Shown: positions 9,071-14,410 of the stretch, piece by piece
Layout: every line of letters starts with the position of its first letter
Position numbering within the stretch: position 1 is the stretch's first letter
Origin: Opitutus sp. GAS368
Lineage (GTDB): Bacteria > Verrucomicrobiota > Verrucomicrobiia > Opitutales > Opitutaceae
Direction of reading: 5' to 3'
Assembly: GCA_945861645.1 (NCBI GenBank)
Contig: CAMAVZ010000040.1
Location: forward strand, 1 to 14,410
DNA length: 14,410 nt
The notes under the pieces: generated by a model
Database searches by the model: none
What the model was told of the DNA's origin: nothing
What the model saw: only the letters and a program-made list of their open reading frames with translations
Position numbers and translations under genes: made by a program

Positions 9071-9146
9071 GGGCTCTTAGCTCAGTTGGTAGAGCGCCTC
9101 AATGGCATTGAGGAGGTCAACGGTTCGAACCCGTTAGGGTCCACCA
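9071..9146 (+). tRNA. tRNA-Ala(GGC)
   Basis: 76-nt cloverleaf: acceptor GGGCTCT/AGGGTCC with G3.U70 identity pair, D arm GCTC/GAGC, anticodon stem CCTCA/TGAGG around GGC (9104-9106), T loop TTCGAAC, discriminator A, encoded CCA. Confidence 0.98.
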
Positions 9147-9258
9147 CTCACAAGCAGAAAACTGTTATCAGAGTGAGAATGTGATTCAGGCATTGCCCTA
9201 ACGGTGGGTGCCCGAATATCCCTGCAATCGGCTTGAGGTGATGCCGAGCTGTTAATGG

Positions 9259-10521
9259 CTATCGTTGAAGTTGCTGCAAGGTGCGTTCGATCATCGCAAT
9301 GTCTTGGGGTGCATCAGGCGGCAGGGAAAATTTTTCGTTGAACACGTGAAGGGGACCGTGGTGCTCGATGGTGATATGCGATTCATCAATTCCACCCGCA
9401 GCATCAAGTGTCCGCGCCAAATCGAGCCTGAAATGGGCCGCGATAAAGCGGTAGACCGCCGCGCGCTTTGACGGGCCGTAGTCGTGCCCCTCTGCGGCGA
9501 GGTGAATATTGGCCGTATTCTGCGGCACGCCATAGTAGCCATAAATTTGTTGGAGAAAGGGAAATTCGATCTGCGGCACGTGCTGCGTCCAGTCCTGGCC
9601 ATCGGAGACGACCAGCAGGGGGCGAGGAGCGGCGAGGGCGGCGATCATGGCGTTGTTGGCAAAATGATCTTTGCTGCGGTGCACGGGCAGGCCACTTTCG
9701 CAGGCGCAACCACCAAAAAAGTAAGATGACACCATCACCACGGGTGCCGCCAACGTGACGCGTGGGTCGAGGGCTGTGAGCAGAAAGGTCTGAGTGCCAC
9801 CGCCGGATTCGCCGCTCACGGCAACACGAGTCGGATCGGCACCCTCAAGCGAAAGCAGAAAGTCAAGTGCCCGCACCGCATTCCAGGTTTGGAGAGTCTG
9901 GGTGAAGGGGCGCTTGTGGGCGGCTTCACCGACTTGCGCGATCGAATCGCCGTAACCAACCATCTCGATCGAGAGAACGATCGCACCGAGACGCGCGAAG
10001 GTCCCACCGCGCGCTTGTACGCTTGCGGTGAAGCGTCCCTGGTTCTCGAAGTCTGCCGGCTTTTTAACCCGACTACCGTGGCCGTGGGTGGAGAGAATAA
10101 CCGCAAAGGGCGGTTTGGCGTTGAGTGGGCGGTAGAGATTTCCCGTAACGAAATAACCGGGCACCGATTCGAAGGCGACATTTTCGACCGTGTATCCGTC
10201 GTACACTCGCTTGGATCGAATAATAGCGTTAAGTGGGGTGCGTTGTGGCCACGGCGAGAGTCCGATATTTTCCTGAATGCGCTGGCGCAGATGGGCCGCA
10301 TAGGCGTCCCATGACGCTCGATCAGGAAATCGCGCCAGCGCCGCATTGAGCATCGCTTGGCCTTGCGCCGGCTCGAGGTAAGCCCCAACGCATAAAGAGG
10401 GCCCCTCGAGCGGTGCGGGTGGAAGGTTGGGCGGATTCCACTCTACGTTGACGGGAGGCGCAGCGGTAACGGTAATACCAAGGGCGACGAAAAAGAGCAG
10501 GGCAGGGGTAAGGCGACTCAT
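9259..10521 (-). CDS. Secreted alpha/beta hydrolase, acetyl xylan esterase-like
   Basis: Signal peptide MSRLTPALLFFVALGITVTA; YTVENVAFES.PG..VTGNLYRP, HGHG, nucleophile GESGGGTQT, GCACESG, AAPRPLL, GHDYG. Confidence 0.85.
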   Translation of the reverse strand: MSRLTPALLFFVALGITVTAAPPVNVEWNPPNLPPAPLEGPSLCVGAYLEPAQGQAMLNAALARFPDRASWDAYAAHLRQRIQENIGLSPWPQRTPLNAIIRSKRVYDGYTVENVAFESVPGYFVTGNLYRPLNAKPPFAVILSTHGHGSRVKKPADFENQGRFTASVQARGGTFARLGAIVLSIEMVGYGDSIAQVGEAAHKRPFTQTLQTWNAVRALDFLLSLEGADPTRVAVSGESGGGTQTFLLTALDPRVTLAAPVVMVSSYFFGGCACESGLPVHRSKDHFANNAMIAALAAPRPLLVVSDGQDWTQHVPQIEFPFLQQIYGYYGVPQNTANIHLAAEGHDYGPSKRAAVYRFIAAHFRLDLARTLDAAGGIDESHITIEHHGPLHVFNEKFSLPPDAPQDIAMIERTLQQLQR

Positions 10522-10748
10522 GACTAGAGGCTGGAGTTTTTTTAAGCCGGGTCACTCGTTTTTCCACTGACCAAAAGAATGGGTATGCGCCTTGTCTGCC
10601 GGGGGTACCGACCACAGGTTCGCCGTTCGTTGATCAGGCGCCGCGTAAAGTTCGCTCTCATGTGAATTCATTATCTCCCCACCATGCATGCCACTATTAC
10701 CCCAGTTAAACCTGAGTCCATCCGCGAGCTACTGGTTTATTGGCCATT

Positions 10749-10776
10749 ATCCCGCGGCGGTGGGATTTTTAGTTTT
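10749..10776 (+). terminator. Candidate intrinsic terminator
   Basis: Stem ATCCCGC / GTGGGAT (7 bp, one G.U), loop GGCG, then TTTTAGTTTT. Confidence 0.5.
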
Positions 10777-10808
10777 CAGAGTTATCACACTACTGGTTGC
10801 CTCAGAGC

Positions 10809-11021
10809 ATGAATGCCAGAAACGCGGCTGAGATCAGCATCGATCGTCCGCTGATCCATGATGAAATCTGCGCCGGGCTCAGGGAGGTTTTCGTAAGCGA
10901 TCGGAGCGAACTGTCGCCGCCGCAAGCCGCAGTCTGATCTTGCAAGTGGCCTAGATTTGGAGGGATCAGCGCAGCTCTTGTTCGCGTAGGCTTATTGCGC
11001 GGCACGCGGGCAAAGGAGGGT
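10809..11021 (+). pseudogene. Possible decayed GntR-family winged-helix regulator N-terminus
   Basis: MNARNAAEISIDRPLIHDEICAGLREVF, then PQSDLAS in a shifted frame, then RFGGISAALVRVGL..AKEG past the TGA at 10935-10937. Resembles GntR helices 1-3 in order; judged by eye only. Confidence 0.3.
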
Positions 11022-11041
11022 AGTCAACTGACCTTGATCTC

Positions 11042-11099
11042 ATGGAATAACCGAGCAACCCTTCGGCAAAAGTATCTGACTATGCTACTGTTATTCCAT
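11042..11099. repeat. Perfect 10-bp inverted repeat with 38-nt spacer
   Basis: ATGGAATAAC (11042-11051) and GTTATTCCAT (11090-11099). Confidence 0.75.
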
Positions 11100-11123
11100 T
11101 AGTAATATTCCCATCAACCCGCT

Positions 11124-11954
11124 GTGAGCTTTCTCTTTTTACTGCTGTTCGGACTGATTGCTGCCCAAGCCCACGATGAACTCCGCGAAGGACTGACCTT
11201 TCACGCGTCCTTTGACGTAGCTTACGCCGCTGAACTTTCCGCAGATGCGCCCGCCTGCATTTTCCGCGTGGGTCGCACCCTACAGCCTGCCACCGACGGT
11301 CCTGATCTCGCCCGCGTCCCCGACGGCCGCTTCGGGGCCGCCCTCCGCTTCGCTCGCAAAAGCTCCGTCCGCCCCGAGTTCGCGGCGTCGAAAGCCCTCG
11401 GCTACTCGACGCTCGATTGGTCGGCAACGGTCTCGGTCTGGCTCCGCACCGACCCTGATCGCGACTTGGCCCCGGGCTATTGCGACCCGCTGCAAATCGT
11501 CGGCGACGACACGAAAAACGGCTTTATCTTCCTCGAATGGTCCAAAGACCATAAGCCCCGTCATTTCCGCTTTGCCGTCCGCCCGCTTTATCACCTCTGG
11601 AACCCCCAGGCGGTCGGCTGGGAAGAAATCCCCGATGCGCAAAGGCCGATGGTTAAGTTGGAGCACGCCCCATTTGCTCGCTCCCGCTGGACGCACATCG
11701 TCTTTGTACTTGAACGTCTGAACGCCCGCGATGTCTCGCCCAAGGCCCATCTGTACATCGACGGACTACCGGTGGGATCCATTCTAGGACACGACCTAAG
11801 GTTCGGCTGGGATCCCGCCGTGGTCCGCCTTGTGCTGGGAGCGTCGTATGTTGGCGACATTGATGATCTCGCCGTATGGAACCGGGGGCTGACACCAACA
11901 GAGATCGCCGCGCTCCACTCTCTGCCCGGCGGCGTCTCCACCCTTAGTCATTGA
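11124..11954 (+). CDS. Secreted LamG / concanavalin A-like jelly-roll protein
   Basis: GTG start, signal peptide ending AQA; LTFHASFD, GRFGAALRF, TVSVWL, WTHIVF, LYIDG, GDIDDLAVWNRGLTPTEIAAL, typical of Laminin_G_3 domains. Confidence 0.85.
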   Translation: MSFLFLLLFGLIAAQAHDELREGLTFHASFDVAYAAELSADAPACIFRVGRTLQPATDGPDLARVPDGRFGAALRFARKSSVRPEFAASKALGYSTLDWSATVSVWLRTDPDRDLAPGYCDPLQIVGDDTKNGFIFLEWSKDHKPRHFRFAVRPLYHLWNPQAVGWEEIPDAQRPMVKLEHAPFARSRWTHIVFVLERLNARDVSPKAHLYIDGLPVGSILGHDLRFGWDPAVVRLVLGASYVGDIDDLAVWNRGLTPTEIAALHSLPGGVSTLSH

Positions 11955-12092
11955 TCATAATTAAGCCCCTGGCCGATGCCAATGCAGTTTCCTCCCGGCA
12001 ATGGTCGGATGGGGCGAAACAGGGCAGCTGAGCCAGTCCGCCTGGGGCGGCAGAGTTGCGTTGGCGGGTGAGATGTTTTCTGTCTCAGGTTC

Positions 12093-13148
12093 ATGGATCC
12101 CGTTACACATATCCTGCTGGGCGCTAGCCTCGGCTACTTTGGTTTTGGCCGGCGACTCCGTCGAGGGACGGCCGTGGGTGTGGGTGCATTGGCAGGGGCA
12201 GCTCCAGATTTGGATGTCTTCATCAAAAGCGCGACCGATCCGTTGATCGCGGTGGAGTATCACCGTCATTTCACCCATTCGCTACTTTTCGCGCCCGTGG
12301 GTGCGGCGGTAGCCGTAGGTTTCCTGTTACTTTACCGACCATGGCGGCAGAGGTGGCGTGGGCAACTCGATGCGGTCTGGTTGTGTGGGTTCGTTGCGTG
12401 GGTGAGCCATTGCTTGCTAGACGCGGCCACCAGCTACGGCACTCAGTTGATGTGGCCGATTACGGACCATCGTTATGGCTGGGATTTTATCGCCGTCGTT
12501 GATCCGGTGTTCACGTTGGCGCTTTTGATTGGATTGATCGTTGGGCTCATCCGCCTGCAACCAGGTATGGCGTTGGCGGGGCTGATCGCCGCGGCGGTAT
12601 ATATGGGACTGGGCGTGGTACAGCATTCGCGGGCGGTGGCAGCGCAGGCCGTGCTCGCGGCGTCACGGGGGCACACGGTGGATCGGATTGAAGTGATGCC
12701 CACGCTGGGTAATGTCCTCGTGTGGCGGGCACTCTACGAGCACAAGGGTAAGATCTACGCTGATCGAATTCGGGTTGGACTCGCGGGCGATGCTACCGTG
12801 CGTGGCGGTTGGGCGTTGGTTAAGGTCAGCGCGAGCGAGCTCACGCCGGCTGAGCGCACGCGCGACCAACGGAGTTCGTTTGCTCGGTTCGCGTGGTTTT
12901 CGGAGCACTGGGTGGCGCGGAGCCCGACCGATCCTGCCGTGTTGGGTGATATGCGCTATTCGCTTTCGACCGAAGCTTTCGACCCGATCTGGGGCATTCG
13001 CTTCTTGGCGGCTGGAACGCCAACAGAAATCGAGTGGGTGAACCGTTCGCGAGATAGGCGGGTGAGCGCCCGCGAACTTTGGGCCGAATTTCAGGGGCGC
13101 GATCCGCGGTTCAAACCGCTTAGCAGTGTGGCCCAGTCCGTGCAGTAA
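12093..13148 (+). CDS. YdjM-family inner-membrane metal-dependent hydrolase with C-terminal soluble domain
   Basis: MDPVTH, PDLD, HRHFTHS, SHCLLDAATSYG, VDPVFT motifs; several TM segments. Confidence 0.88.
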   Translation: MDPVTHILLGASLGYFGFGRRLRRGTAVGVGALAGAAPDLDVFIKSATDPLIAVEYHRHFTHSLLFAPVGAAVAVGFLLLYRPWRQRWRGQLDAVWLCGFVAWVSHCLLDAATSYGTQLMWPITDHRYGWDFIAVVDPVFTLALLIGLIVGLIRLQPGMALAGLIAAAVYMGLGVVQHSRAVAAQAVLAASRGHTVDRIEVMPTLGNVLVWRALYEHKGKIYADRIRVGLAGDATVRGGWALVKVSASELTPAERTRDQRSSFARFAWFSEHWVARSPTDPAVLGDMRYSLSTEAFDPIWGIRFLAAGTPTEIEWVNRSRDRRVSARELWAEFQGRDPRFKPLSSVAQSVQ

Positions 13149-13243
13149 TTGGTTCTGCAATTTTTTATCCCGGCCGCTGTCTGCTGGAGGCTAGGTTGCT
13201 TCCGGTGAAAAACGCGCACCGTCTGGCTGCAGGCTTGGAAAAT

Positions 13244-14023
13244 TCAGGTGACGCCAAGGATCCACCCTTCCAACTGGGCTTGCGTGCGCTCAGGCTGAGA
13301 TAGCGGTGGATAAAAATGGTTGGCCAGCGTGGCGCGGGCATCGCTCTGCTGCAGCCAGCAGGCGGCGCTGAAGGCGTCGTGCTGATCAGAGTTGCGGCCT
13401 TCACTCGGGTATAGTTTACTCCATAAAGCCGGATAGACCTCGGCGATAACCGAACGATCTGGTCGCGGAGTCCAACCGTCGAAGGGCCAGAAATGCACGC
13501 GCTCACCGAGTTGCTGGCGGAGGTAGCGCAGCCACGGCAGGCCGGCGTGAGTAGATTTTGCAACGCTACCCGGTACATCAAAGTGAAAGACGGACTTCGC
13601 GCGGCACCGTTCCTCCGTCAGCCGCCGCCAACGGGAGTTCCCTGTGCGCGCCGCACCGTGGCCGTCTAGGCCGTCGCGAATAAAATCGACATACAGGTGA
13701 TCATGATCGGTCGGCCAGTGGTGCTGGAAATCGTCAAGAAATGCGGGCCAATTATGCGCGAGGTGATGGTATTCGAAGTAGCGCAGCGGAAAAGAAAAGC
13801 CGTGGTCAATCCCGACGAGGGTGGGCGGGCCGGCGCGCAGTTCCTCGGCGAGCCATTCGGCGAGTCCGCGGCGCGTCCAGTATTTACGCGGGCTAAGTAG
13901 CGGTGGCACTTCCGTGGGCGACAGCTTGGGCGTGGCCGAGTAGAGGCGCAGTCCTTTCAGACTGCTAGCGGGGGTAGCTGCACCGGAATAGTCGATGCCA
14001 AGATAGCGGGCGAATTGCGGCAT
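13244..14023 (-). CDS. DUF429-like putative nuclease (RNase H-like fold)
   Basis: YLGIDYSGA, LVGIDHGFSFP, VIAEVYP, DQHDA, EGWI: acidic D-D-E-D set in the arrangement seen in DUF429-type proteins. Confidence 0.7.
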   Translation of the reverse strand: MPQFARYLGIDYSGAATPASSLKGLRLYSATPKLSPTEVPPLLSPRKYWTRRGLAEWLAEELRAGPPTLVGIDHGFSFPLRYFEYHHLAHNWPAFLDDFQHHWPTDHDHLYVDFIRDGLDGHGAARTGNSRWRRLTEERCRAKSVFHFDVPGSVAKSTHAGLPWLRYLRQQLGERVHFWPFDGWTPRPDRSVIAEVYPALWSKLYPSEGRNSDQHDAFSAACWLQQSDARATLANHFYPPLSQPERTQAQLEGWILGVT

Positions 14024-14106
14024 GGGAGATCGGGCAGCGGTGCGTTCAGCGAAGTGGCCTTCAGAGCAGTGGATTGCCAGTTGCCTGCGTCGAATCTCTG
14101 GTGATC

Positions 14107-14120
14107 GGTTCAGACGAACT
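14107..14120. promoter_or_regulatory. Candidate LexA (SOS) box-like palindrome
   Basis: GGTTC-AGAC-GAACT; the GTTC-N4-GAAC core matches the Verrucomicrobia LexA consensus TGTTC-N4-GAACA at 8 of 10 positions; about 85 bp upstream of the DUF429-like start. Confidence 0.3.
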
Positions 14121-14168
14121 ACTCGGTTCGAGGTGGCGGGTCGATCCGGACACGCTCGCTCGCTGGAA

Positions 14169-14410
14169 TTAGCGTCCGGCCAGCGCCGCGCGGAGGATCG
14201 GTTCCATCACGTCAGCTTGGCGAAGAAATCCAAGATCGTTGGGATGGGAGCCGTCGGTAGTGCCTTCAGCATCCGAGCCCAAAAGGTCATCGCCGGGAAT
14301 ATAATAGAGCCCAGTAACTCCAGCCGCCTGCAGTTTTTCAAAACACTCGCGCAGGGCGGCGTGATTATTGTTATGAAATTTGTTTTTGTTGGGCTGGATC
14401 CACGAATTGG
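14169..14410 (-). CDS. C-terminal part of an SGNH/GDSL hydrolase (5'-truncated; absent from the ORF track)
   Basis: Manual translation 14408->14169: NSWIQPNKNKFHNNNHAALRECFEKLQAAGVTGLYYIPGDDLLGSDAEGTTDGSHPNDLGFLRQADVMEPILRAALAGR*; block V D-x-x-H-P (DGSHP). Confidence 0.88.
   Translation of the reverse strand, partial: NSWIQPNKNKFHNNNHAALRECFEKLQAAGVTGLYYIPGDDLLGSDAEGTTDGSHPNDLGFLRQADVMEPILRAALAGR

Noticed and set aside
10690..10772. Possible degenerate PEP-CTERM tail (VKPES... then ATGLLAIIPRRW in another frame)
   Set aside because: No PEP motif, hydrophobic stretch too short, and a frameshift is required.
11042..11099. Known riboswitch or ribozyme (c-di-GMP-I, purine, hammerhead)
   Set aside because: Has GCAAA and CTGA fragments but lacks the full conserved cores and lengths; kept only as an unassigned structure.
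11080..13581. Many overlapping alternative-frame and antisense ORFs (e.g. 11245-11721, 11280-11750, 12663-13160, 13165-13581)
   Set aside because: Shadow ORFs expected in GC-rich coding DNA; no recognisable motifs, and each overlaps a well-supported gene.
9147..14410. Prophage, ICE or IS integrated at tRNA-Ala
   Set aside because: No integrase, transposase or phage genes, and no duplicate of the tRNA 3' end found by eye within the window.

Overview
Bacterial chromosomal segment, probably Verrucomicrobiota/Opitutae (inferred from protein style and the near absence of Shine-Dalgarno motifs). Bases 1-9146 are core genome: a truncated TonB/TolA-C-like protein, an RluA-family pseudouridine synthase, mutS, a YbfF-like esterase, tmk-holB, a tolQ/exbB-tolR/exbD-tolA/tonB operon and tRNA-Ala(GGC). 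Downstream of the tRNA is an accessory-looking mosaic: a secreted acetyl-xylan-esterase-like hydrolase, a ~600 bp intergenic region, a secreted LamG-like protein, a YdjM-family membrane metallohydrolase, a DUF429-like RNase H-fold putative nuclease and the 3' end of an SGNH hydrolase missed by the ORF track. The intergenic region holds an orphan terminator, a probable decayed GntR gene and a 10-bp inverted repeat. I saw no integrase, transposase, CRISPR array or clear multi-gene novel system. The best leads are the putative nuclease with a LexA-box-like palindrome upstream and the structured 10.6-11.1 kb intergenic region.
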